Positions 1-7,788 of a stretch of 22,488 bases of DNA are shown piece after piece. This stretch comes from Silvanigrellaceae bacterium (lineage in GTDB: Bacteria; Bdellovibrionota_B; Oligoflexia; Silvanigrellales; Silvanigrellaceae), in assembly GCA_049423385.1 (NCBI GenBank), contig JBMSQQ010000059.1, forward strand, positions 1 through 22,488. Direction: 5' to 3'. Position 1 is the stretch's first letter. Each line of letters opens with the position of its first letter. The notes below the pieces were generated by a model. That model saw only the letters and a program-made list of their open reading frames with translations. It had not been told where the DNA came from and made no database searches. The position numbers were made by a program, and so were the translations under genes.

Positions 1-2069
1 GTGGTCGGATCGAATTTGAGTGACGACCTGCACGGTTCGCGGCCGGTGGGTTTCTGCTCGGCATAGCGCCCGAGATTCATCCACATGGAAAATCCATGGG
101 TATCTTTTCCGCGTCGCCCCGCGCGGCCAAGCATCTGCATGATTTCACTCGCCGCGTATTTGGTTTCACCGCCCTCACTTGGCCTGGAAAGGTCCGAAAT
201 CAACGCACCACGCACGGCAAAGTTCACGCCAAGGGAAATTCCCATGGTGCCCGAGCAGACTTTCAGGAATCCTTCCTTGAGCAAGGTTTCAATCGCAACA
301 CGACCGGGCGGAATCAACCCGCTGTGGTGAAAGGCAATGCCATGGCGACGGATCATTCGTTGAAGGTCATGCGGCACGTAATCCCAGCCACTCAAGGTAT
401 TGATGCGTTCGTGCAGGGATTTGAGCGATTCTTCGGTTATGGTGTTCTGTAGTCCACGGGACAACGTATGGGCGATGGCCTCAACATCTGCGCGACGACC
501 CGCGTATACGACAACCGGACCCAGGTTCTGTTCCAAAGCAACCCGCACCGGATCGATCAGTTCGTCGAAACGGGCCTTGTCTCGCCTCCGGCGGTTGCCT
601 TTGTCGGCTCTCACTGTCCGGCGAATCAACGCGATTTCTTCCGGCCGCAATGCCAAATCGGGCGCAAAAATCCAACCGTAGCTTGTGTAGATGATGTCGG
701 CGAGCGGAACCGGACGCTTGCTCACACGGATCAACTTGGAGGGTCGCGCAAACAAGACTTCCAGCCACTGTGCGAATTCGTCGGCATTGGGAACCGAGGC
801 TGAAAGCAAAATCACCTGGCTTTCTTTCGGCGTGAGAATCAATGACTCTTCCCACGCACTGCCGCGACTTTCATCCTGCAGGTAATGATATTCGTCGTAC
901 ACAACCACGCGACGACGCATGTCGGGTTCAACGCCCAAAAGACTGTTGCGATACGTTTCAAGGGTCGAAAGGACGATGGGTGCTCGCAGATTTTCCTTGA
1001 AGTCACCGGTGTTGATGCCCACCCTTTCCTTGCCATATTTTTCACAGAACTCGCGATATTTGTCGTTGCTCAGACTCTTCACCGGACTGGTGTAGATAAG
1101 CCGCAAACCTTCGCTCAACTTTGCATCCAGGAGCGCTTCAATGACGCGGGTTTTGCCTGCTGATGTGGGTGCATCGACAACCACATTTTGCCCGGCCAAA
1201 AGAGCGTCCAGGGCTTCGGCCTGCCATGGGTCGAGCAGCATTCCGGTTTGACTGAACCGCGGCTGATCTGTTGCGACATCTGCTTTCTTTTCGCCAAGCC
1301 CGGATTTGTTTTTGTCTTCAACGGCTGGAACCGCTGTGTTTCGCTGTTCGGCTGCAAGTTTGGTGCGGGCCAATGCAAAGCCACGATCGGGAGGACGAAC
1401 GGCATCACCCACCGTCGGAGCCGCTGCAGTGGCCGCGAGCTTTGTCGCTTCCTGTTTTGCAATTCCGCCGGTTGCTGGTGCTGCAGGCTGCACAGGTGGT
1501 GCTTTCAGCGCCTGCTTTTGTTCCATCTTGTAGGAACGGCTGGGGGCAAACTGCGCCATTGAAAAGGGCGTTCCCGCCGCGGATGCAGATGCTGAAGGTG
1601 GAGGTGGCTTGAGCGAAGCCTTGCCAGGAGCAAATCCGCCCGCAGCAACTGTTTTTCCAGCAACAGGCCCCGCCTTCTTGGCAGGAACGGGTCCTGCTGG
1701 AGTTGGAAGTCCGGCGCCATGGGGCAAAGTGAATTCCCAATCAGAATTCTTAAGCCGTTCACGGAAACGTTCTGCGAGTGCTGCCCAACCTTTGGGGTCG
1801 AGGCGTCCGGCCAGGAGTTTTTCAAGCGAATCACGAACCGCCTCGGGGCTGGGAGTTTGAAAACCTCCACCGCCCCAGTTGCCTCGTCCTCCTCCGCGAT
1901 GATTGTTGAATCGTTCACGCGGTTGGCGTGGTTCACCTCGATCACCGCGCCGACCCGAGCGCTCACCGGAAGACGACGGACGTCCATCTGCCTTGTCGGC
2001 GCGCAGGCTGTTGCTTTTGGGCTTGGAACGCGAAGCGTTGCGGCGATTTTTTGGATGTCTGCGTGCCAC
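1..2069 (-). CDS. Ski2/HelY-like DExH-box (SF2) RNA helicase with long N-terminal low-complexity extension; 3' end runs off the window
   Basis: Translated manually (not in ORF track). Frame is open from GTG 2069 (AGGGGAG RBS 8 nt upstream, in-frame TGA at 2099-2097) to base 1. Motifs: Q-motif LDPWQAEA, I APTSAGKT, Ia YTSPVKSLSNDKY, GINTGD, II DEYHY, RGSAWEE, III LSASVPN, RPVPL, GIAFHHSGL, V GISLGVN, VI QMLGRAGRRG. Confidence 0.93.
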   Translation of the reverse strand, partial: MARRHPKNRRNASRSKPKSNSLRADKADGRPSSSGERSGRRGDRGEPRQPRERFNNHRGGGRGNWGGGGFQTPSPEAVRDSLEKLLAGRLDPKGWAALAERFRERLKNSDWEFTLPHGAGLPTPAGPVPAKKAGPVAGKTVAAGGFAPGKASLKPPPPSASASAAGTPFSMAQFAPSRSYKMEQKQALKAPPVQPAAPATGGIAKQEATKLAATAAAPTVGDAVRPPDRGFALARTKLAAEQRNTAVPAVEDKNKSGLGEKKADVATDQPRFSQTGMLLDPWQAEALDALLAGQNVVVDAPTSAGKTRVIEALLDAKLSEGLRLIYTSPVKSLSNDKYREFCEKYGKERVGINTGDFKENLRAPIVLSTLETYRNSLLGVEPDMRRRVVVYDEYHYLQDESRGSAWEESLILTPKESQVILLSASVPNADEFAQWLEVLFARPSKLIRVSKRPVPLADIIYTSYGWIFAPDLALRPEEIALIRRTVRADKGNRRRRDKARFDELIDPVRVALEQNLGPVVVYAGRRADVEAIAHTLSRGLQNTITEESLKSLHERINTLSGWDYVPHDLQRMIRRHGIAFHHSGLIPPGRVAIETLLKEGFLKVCSGTMGISLGVNFAVRGALISDLSRPSEGGETKYAASEIMQMLGRAGRRGKDTHGFSMWMNLGRYAEQKPTGREPCRSSLKFDPT

Positions 2070-2109
2070 GTGGGAGTCTCCCCTGAAAGTTGAATCTCAG
2101 GGGCACATT

Positions 2110-3291
2110 TCAACACCCTTGGCGGTCAATGACAAGTGCGACAGCCTCTCCGCCACCAATACACAGTGTGGCCAGGCCGCGTTGCAGGTTTCGAGTGCGC
2201 AAAGCATGAACGAGCGTGGTCAGGATTCGGGCTCCACTGGCACCAATCGGGTGACCGATGGCGACTGCTCCGCCGTTCACATTGACCTTTGCGTGCGGAA
2301 TGTTCAGCTTCTTCATCGCTGCCAAGGTGACAAGTGCAAACGCCTCGTTGATTTCGAAAAGATCGATATCATTGAGGTTTGTTTTCGCGGCTGCGACCGC
2401 TCTTTCGATGGCAGTGACAGGTGCAGTGGTGAACCACTTGGGATCCTGGGCGTGGGTTGCATAGCCCGCAATGCGCGCGAGCGGCTTGAGGTTGTATTTC
2501 TTCACGGCTTCTTCGGAAGCAAGTACCAGAGCTGCTGCACCGTCGTTGATTTTGGATGCGTTCGCCGCAGTGATGGTCCCTTCTTTGTCGAAGGCCGCAC
2601 GCAGCGTCGGCATTTTTGCCAAGTCGGATGCATTGGGCTCTTCGTCGCTGTCGACAAGTTGCGTGCCCTTGCCTGCCGGAACTTCGACCGGAACGATTTC
2701 ATTCTTGAAAGCTCCAGACTCCATTGCCTTGCGGGCGCGAGCATAACTTTCCGCTGCGAACGCATCTTGCTCGGCACGCGAAATCGAATATTCACGCGCA
2801 CAAGTTTCAGCGCACAAACCCATGTGCATGTTGTTGTACGGGTCCCACAAGCCATCAATGATCATCGAGTCCATGACTTCCTTGTGACCCATGCGGAATC
2901 CATCGCGTGCCGTGGGCAAAAGGTAAGGTGCATTGCTCATGCTCTCCTGGCCGCCAGCAATAGCCACTTCGATGTCGTTGAGGCGCAGTGCCTGTGTGGC
3001 AAGCATCACACTCTTGAGGCCACTGCCGCAGACCTTGCCGACAGTCAGAGCCTGAATGTGTTGTGGAAGACCTGCATAGATCGCTGCCTGGCGGGCAGGA
3101 GCCTGGCCCACGCCCGCGGTCAGAACCTCACCCATCAGGATTTCGTTGATGGCCTCGACCGGAACTCCCGATTCCGCAACGGCCGACTTGACTGCGGCAG
3201 CACCCAACCGTGCGGCGCTGATTCCCTTGAGAGCACCCTGAAAGCGACCCACAGGTGTGCGTTTTGCAGCAACAATATAAACGTTCGCCAT
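2110..3291 (-). CDS. atoB: acetyl-CoA C-acetyltransferase (thiolase)
   Basis: KVCGSG (catalytic Cys), AGGQESMS, NASKINDGAAA, EINEAF, NVNGGAVAIGHPIGASGAR, LCIGGG; AAGGAG RBS. Confidence 0.96.
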   Translation of the reverse strand: MANVYIVAAKRTPVGRFQGALKGISAARLGAAAVKSAVAESGVPVEAINEILMGEVLTAGVGQAPARQAAIYAGLPQHIQALTVGKVCGSGLKSVMLATQALRLNDIEVAIAGGQESMSNAPYLLPTARDGFRMGHKEVMDSMIIDGLWDPYNNMHMGLCAETCAREYSISRAEQDAFAAESYARARKAMESGAFKNEIVPVEVPAGKGTQLVDSDEEPNASDLAKMPTLRAAFDKEGTITAANASKINDGAAALVLASEEAVKKYNLKPLARIAGYATHAQDPKWFTTAPVTAIERAVAAAKTNLNDIDLFEINEAFALVTLAAMKKLNIPHAKVNVNGGAVAIGHPIGASGARILTTLVHALRTRNLQRGLATLCIGGGEAVALVIDRQGC

Positions 3292-3314
3292 GATTCTCTC
3301 CTTGAAAGCAAAAT

Positions 3315-3797
3315 TCAGGACTTCATTCCCAGTGAAACAACAAATTCAAATTCAGATGGCTGCACAGGTTGTATGGACAATCTTTGGCCTTTGCGCAGCA
3401 CCATCATATCCTTGAGTGCCGAGTGCTGCTTGAGTTCATCGAGTGTCACGAAGCGGCTGAATGGCCGAGGTCGTCCCACCGTCACACAAAACCAGCGCGG
3501 GTTCTCCGGTGTGGATTTCGGATCGAAATATTCCGATTCGGAATTCCACGACGACGGATCCGGTTGCGCCGGCTTCACGACTTCTGCAACTCCGGCAACA
3601 CCGGAGGGCTCGGCATTGGAGTGATAAAAAAGAACCAGGTCGCCCACCTTCATGTCGTTCATCATGAAGTTGCGTGCCTGGTAGTTTCGCACTCCGTCCC
3701 AAAGCTCTGTCTGGCCGGGTCGTTTGACGAGATCTTCAATACTGAAAACATCTGGCTCGGTTTTCATGAGCCAATAACCTGGTCGTGCTGCCGCCAC
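3315..3797 (-). CDS. EVE domain protein (Thy1/THYN1-like)
   Basis: YWLMKTEPDVFSIEDL, WDGVRNYQARNFM, GDLVLFYHS, YFDPKS, RLSIQPV; GTG start with GGGGGA RBS. Confidence 0.95.
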   Translation of the reverse strand: MAAARPGYWLMKTEPDVFSIEDLVKRPGQTELWDGVRNYQARNFMMNDMKVGDLVLFYHSNAEPSGVAGVAEVVKPAQPDPSSWNSESEYFDPKSTPENPRWFCVTVGRPRPFSRFVTLDELKQHSALKDMMVLRKGQRLSIQPVQPSEFEFVVSLGMKS

Positions 3798-3816
3798 GAA
3801 TGCATCCCCCGATGAA

Positions 3817-4920
3817 TCAGGGGTGCATCATACGACCCACGGCCGAGCTTGCAACGTTGTGCATGGCCTTGAGGTTGCGTACCGACTGGATACGGTTTTC
3901 GGCGTAGCGCTGTGAAGCTTCGTGGGTGGTGACACCGTCGCGCTCGGCGATCTTGAGAATTTGCAGCACAGTTGCACCGATGTTGCGCGCTTCGCTGAGC
4001 GCCTTCTCACGATTGTAGCCGATGAGTTCGTTGTAGACGTTGATGAGGCCACCCGCGTTGATAACGTAGTCTGGGCAATAGACGATCTTTTTGTCCTGAA
4101 GCATCCTGCCGTGAACTTTTTCGTCCTCGAGCTGGTTGTTTGCGCCGCCGGCAATGATTTGCGCCTTGAGCTGGGGAATGGTTTTGGAATTGAGAATCGC
4201 ACCCAAAGCGCAAGGAGCGAACACGTCCATGTCGAGCGAATAGAGCTCGGCATCTGTCACGGCAGTCGCTTGATACTTGCTGACCATCTCCTGAACGCGA
4301 TCGGCATTGATGTCGTTGACAAAAAGCTTCGCGCCTTCCTCGTGGAGGTATTGGCACAAATATTTTCCAACATTGCCCACGCCCTGAACAGCCACCCGAA
4401 GACCCTTGAGATCTTTGCGGCCCATGCGGACTTCAACAGCGGCCTTGAGGCCCGAGAAAACGCCGAGTGCAGTCACGGGGCTTGGGTCGCCCGAACCACC
4501 CAAAGCAGGCGCAACGCCGGTCACGAATTTGGTTTCCAGACGGACAAAGTTCATGTCGGTCACGTTGGTGTTGACGTCTTCAGCTGTGATGTAGCGTCCT
4601 TGAAGCGAGTTCACGAAGCGTCCGAAAGCGCGGAACATGGCTTCATTCTTTTGCTCGGGACGAGCGATGATGACGGCCTTGCCGCCACCCAATGCCAAAC
4701 CGGCGCAGGCAGCCTTGTAGGTCATTCCGCGGCTCAGGCGCAGAACATCGCGCAGAGCGTCTTCTTCAGAGGTGTAATGCCACAAGCGGGTTCCGCCCAA
4801 TGCCGGCCCCAGATTGGTGTCGTGGATGCCGATGATGGCACGCAGGCCAGATTGAGGATCGTTGCAGTAAACGATTTGTTCGTGGCCGAGAGTTTCCACA
4901 TGCGTGAACACGTTGCTCAT
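3817..4920 (-). CDS. leucine dehydrogenase (Glu/Leu/Phe/Val dehydrogenase family)
   Basis: GPALGGTR, RLSRGMTYK, GGGKAVI, YITAEDV, GSGDPSPVTALG, VAVQGVGNVG, PCALG, GGANNQL, PDYVINAGG; start moved to ATG 4920 (MSNVF) because of AGAGGT RBS. Confidence 0.93.
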   Translation of the reverse strand: MSNVFTHVETLGHEQIVYCNDPQSGLRAIIGIHDTNLGPALGGTRLWHYTSEEDALRDVLRLSRGMTYKAACAGLALGGGKAVIIARPEQKNEAMFRAFGRFVNSLQGRYITAEDVNTNVTDMNFVRLETKFVTGVAPALGGSGDPSPVTALGVFSGLKAAVEVRMGRKDLKGLRVAVQGVGNVGKYLCQYLHEEGAKLFVNDINADRVQEMVSKYQATAVTDAELYSLDMDVFAPCALGAILNSKTIPQLKAQIIAGGANNQLEDEKVHGRMLQDKKIVYCPDYVINAGGLINVYNELIGYNREKALSEARNIGATVLQILKIAERDGVTTHEASQRYAENRIQSVRNLKAMHNVASSAVGRMMHP

Positions 4921-4965
4921 ACTGACTACACCTCTAGCGGATAAGTGTTTTTGGAACGATTCGCC

Positions 4966-4993
4966 AAAGTACACGATTCCAAAAATCGTGCAA
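4966..4993 (-). promoter_or_regulatory. candidate sigma70 promoter for leucine dehydrogenase with overlapping inverted repeat
   Basis: Minus strand TTGCAC-16 nt-TACTTT; perfect 7-bp inverted repeat CACGATT-N5-AATCGTG at 4972-4990. Confidence 0.35.
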
Positions 4994-5016
4994 GGACAAC
5001 AAGTTTTTCATCAAAT

Positions 5017-5970
5017 TCAGCATCTTGGCCGCAGCGCCAAGGTCAACAAGGCGACGTGCGCAATATCGATTGCAGAGGCGCCACGCGACAAATCCGAAAA
5101 CGGCTTGGCGGTTCCAAGCAAAAGCGGCCCCCAAGCCTCGGCACCTGCAAGCCGTTGGGTGACTTTATAGGCAATATTGCCTGCATCGAGATCGGGAAAG
5201 ACAAAAACGTTGGCTCTGCCGGCAAGGCGCGATGCGGGATTCTTGCGGAGTGCCACTTCGGGGACCACCGCAGCATCGAACTGAACTTCACCTTCGGAAA
5301 CCACGTCAGGGTGCTTGATTGAGAATTCGCTCGCAGCCTGCCTGACTTTATGCACATCGGGGTGCTCCGCACTTCCCATGGTCGAGAAACTTAAAAAACC
5401 GACCCGTGGTTCACGGCCCGTCCAGCGGGAAAACGCAGAAGCCGACAATTCGGCGATTTGCGTCAACTGGGTTTGGGATGGTTGCGGAACAACGCCTCCG
5501 TCCGCATACAGGACCACATCCTCTCCTCCTGCAGTCGGTTCACGCAGCTTGAACAAAAAACACGACGTGATGAGCGGAGCCTGGGCATCCACACCCACCG
5601 TGTTGAGTGCAGCGCGAATGACGTGGGCCGTTGTGGCCACAGCGCCTCCGACAACGGCATCCAGTTGTCCCATTTCCAGCATCGCACCGGCGGCAAAGAA
5701 TGGATCATCAAGCCAGGCAACATGATCTTGCGGAAGAGCCTTGCCCCTTTGATTTGCCCGGCTGCGGATGACCGAATCGGTTTGAGAACGAACCCGGGAA
5801 ACAACTTCAGGCGACATGAGGGTTGCGTCAACTCCAGCTTCTGCACGAAGCAAACGTGCAGCTTCAACAACACGCGGATCTTCGTGTTCAGGCAAACCCA
5901 CTCTTGCAGAACGGGAAGACGCAACGAGGTGTTCACGAATTTCGGAAGGTAAATTTGCAAAGAGTTTCAT
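5017..5970 (-). CDS. pta: phosphate acetyltransferase (short, class I Pta; phosphate acyltransferase family)
   Basis: GLPEHEDPRVVEAA, YADGGVVPQP, FLSFSTMGSA, GEVQFDAAV, ANVFVFPDLDAGNIAYK, GPLLLG, SDLSRG; ATG 5970 preferred (AGGA upstream), TTG 6027 is an alternative. Confidence 0.88.
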   Translation of the reverse strand: MKLFANLPSEIREHLVASSRSARVGLPEHEDPRVVEAARLLRAEAGVDATLMSPEVVSRVRSQTDSVIRSRANQRGKALPQDHVAWLDDPFFAAGAMLEMGQLDAVVGGAVATTAHVIRAALNTVGVDAQAPLITSCFLFKLREPTAGGEDVVLYADGGVVPQPSQTQLTQIAELSASAFSRWTGREPRVGFLSFSTMGSAEHPDVHKVRQAASEFSIKHPDVVSEGEVQFDAAVVPEVALRKNPASRLAGRANVFVFPDLDAGNIAYKVTQRLAGAEAWGPLLLGTAKPFSDLSRGASAIDIAHVALLTLALRPRC

Positions 5971-6029
5971 ACCGGATTCCTGCGGTGGACGAATTTCCGC
6001 AGGCACTTTTCCCAAGGCCGCGGTCAAAC

Positions 6030-6653
6030 TCAGCCGGATGCTAATCCACGGTTGCGCAAATTGCGAGCCTGCTTGATGAGCTCACGCGCCTTTTCGGCAT
6101 CACTGCTTTCGAGTGCCTCGGCAGCCTTCTCGATGTGCGCGAAAATTTCGTTTTCCCGCTCGTCCAGTCGTTCGAGCATTTCATTGAAACGTCGAGCCAC
6201 ATAATGAATTTCATCCGACGTTCTGAACTTTGCGTGAGCCTTGAAGTCTCCGCGCGAAACCTTTTGGAACTGACGCAGCAGATTGAACAACGGACCGACA
6301 ATGCGTTGCGTCGAAAGAATGCTGGCAAACATGATTCCAACCAGATTCACGATCAAGGCAAAACCGATGGCAACCAACACAGGAATCGGTAGTCGCTGCC
6401 CCTGCCAAATGCCAAAGCTGTAGAAGGAAATGAGAACAATGGCGATCGATGAAACCGTGCACACCAAACCCATGACCAACGCACTGCCGGCAAACTTGAA
6501 TTGCAGGTCGCGATTGACGATGTAGTTTCTTCTCCACCAGGGCAGGTAGGGACGACGGGGTCCCATCTGAGACTGGGATGATGACGCAGGATCCTGACTC
6601 AAAATCGAGTTCGGAGCAGGCTCCCTGCTCTTGTTGGATTCGTCCGTGGCCAT
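6030..6653 (-). CDS. two-TM membrane protein with HAMP domain and no output domain
   Basis: RRNYIVNRDLQFKF followed by two hydrophobic helices, then HAMP IVGPLFNLLRQFQKVSRGDF...DEIHYVARRFNEMLERL; GGAGGA RBS. Confidence 0.85.
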   Translation of the reverse strand: MATDESNKSREPAPNSILSQDPASSSQSQMGPRRPYLPWWRRNYIVNRDLQFKFAGSALVMGLVCTVSSIAIVLISFYSFGIWQGQRLPIPVLVAIGFALIVNLVGIMFASILSTQRIVGPLFNLLRQFQKVSRGDFKAHAKFRTSDEIHYVARRFNEMLERLDERENEIFAHIEKAAEALESSDAEKARELIKQARNLRNRGLASG

Positions 6654-6659
6654 GAAAAG

Positions 6660-7772
6660 TCATCCTCCGCAGTGTTCAACCGCCGCCCACAAGTCCTGTT
6701 CCGACCCGTCCGCCTTGGACACACATCGTTTTGCCGTTTCCAGAAATTTTGCCAAATCCGAGCCTGATCTTTCAAGAAGTCGCGCGAAGGGTTCTTGGCG
6801 GGCTTCATACACGGAAGCTCCCAAAAATGTTGCATTGTTGAATCGGCCCGGCTGAAAAAATGTTGCGTAATAGGTTCCGCTCACTTTTTCTCCAAATTCC
6901 CTCTGGAAGCGCGAGTCGAGCGCTGCAATTTTTTCCTCACGAAGTTTGATAAAAGCAGGGAGCTCGAGCTGCTGCACATCCGACCGAGCGTAAAATTCGT
7001 TGAGTTCGACGCGTGCGCTGTTGAGGAAAGCTCCGAACGCCTGGCGAGCCCTCTGCATGCGTTCGTGCTTTTGATGAAAGTCCTGAGCTGCCTTTTCGGT
7101 TGATGCAGCAGCGTCTTTGCCGACAGTCTCTGTTGCAAACAACCCGCTGCGTTCCTTGAGGAACATCAACGTTGCATGGCGGGCCACAAATTCAGCAAGA
7201 TTCTCGTTGAACGTGTACGCATCTGGAACATAGATCGTGCGGTGCAGCGTTTCGTGGAACAAGAGTTCAACAAACGCCAATGCATCATTGCCGTCGATCA
7301 TCGTCGAATAAATGGGATCGGGAAAATAGCCGAGCAGCGAAAAGGCCTGAACACCACCCAGCACTGTGTCATAGCCCTCTGCCACCATTTCTTTCTGGAA
7401 AACTTCGGCTTTCTTGCGATCAAAAAATCCAAGGTAGGGTTGGCGACCAACAATGGGAAACCACCATGTTTTAAGTTTGAGTGCGCGCTTTTCTGCGGCC
7501 TGGACGACGTATGTGAGCGCCGGACGATCGAGTGAAACGTAGGACCGATAACTGGACCCGGGTGTCAGGCCGATGCGGTCTTGCGCGTATGCCAACACCT
7601 CGGGCACCAACTTCAATTTTTTGAGACGTTCGGGTGTTTCACGGCCTTCCTTCAGAACATCTTCAACAGGCACGCGCCGGGAAATCAGCTTGGCCTGTTC
7701 GATGCCTTGGGTCAGGGTATAGCAGCCTGTGAAGAACAGGGATGAAGCCATCATCAGCGACAAGCGCTGCAA
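6660..7772 (-). CDS. putative zinc aminopeptidase lipoprotein (DUF2265/Aminopep-like)
   Basis: Lipobox FTGC, YRSYVSLDRP, WWFPIVGRQPYLGFF, AFSLLGYFPDP, HEXXH (ELLFHETLH), FNENLAEFV, FNNA; start uncertain (TTG 7772 or ATG 7754). Confidence 0.85.
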   Translation of the reverse strand: MQRLSLMMASSLFFTGCYTLTQGIEQAKLISRRVPVEDVLKEGRETPERLKKLKLVPEVLAYAQDRIGLTPGSSYRSYVSLDRPALTYVVQAAEKRALKLKTWWFPIVGRQPYLGFFDRKKAEVFQKEMVAEGYDTVLGGVQAFSLLGYFPDPIYSTMIDGNDALAFVELLFHETLHRTIYVPDAYTFNENLAEFVARHATLMFLKERSGLFATETVGKDAAASTEKAAQDFHQKHERMQRARQAFGAFLNSARVELNEFYARSDVQQLELPAFIKLREEKIAALDSRFQREFGEKVSGTYYATFFQPGRFNNATFLGASVYEARQEPFARLLERSGSDLAKFLETAKRCVSKADGSEQDLWAAVEHCGG

Positions 7773-7788
7773 GGATGAAGCAATGACA

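Noticed and set aside
1505..2116. 203-aa minus-strand ORF and other small ORFs in 1-2100
   Set aside because: Alternative frames overlapping the continuous helicase frame, which has an RBS and all SF2 motifs.
1903..3624. Long plus-strand ORFs (573 aa here; also 3922-4944, 8982-10025, 13075-14103, 17925-18902, 18981-19838)
   Set aside because: Antisense shadows of well-supported minus-strand genes, with no recognisable motifs.
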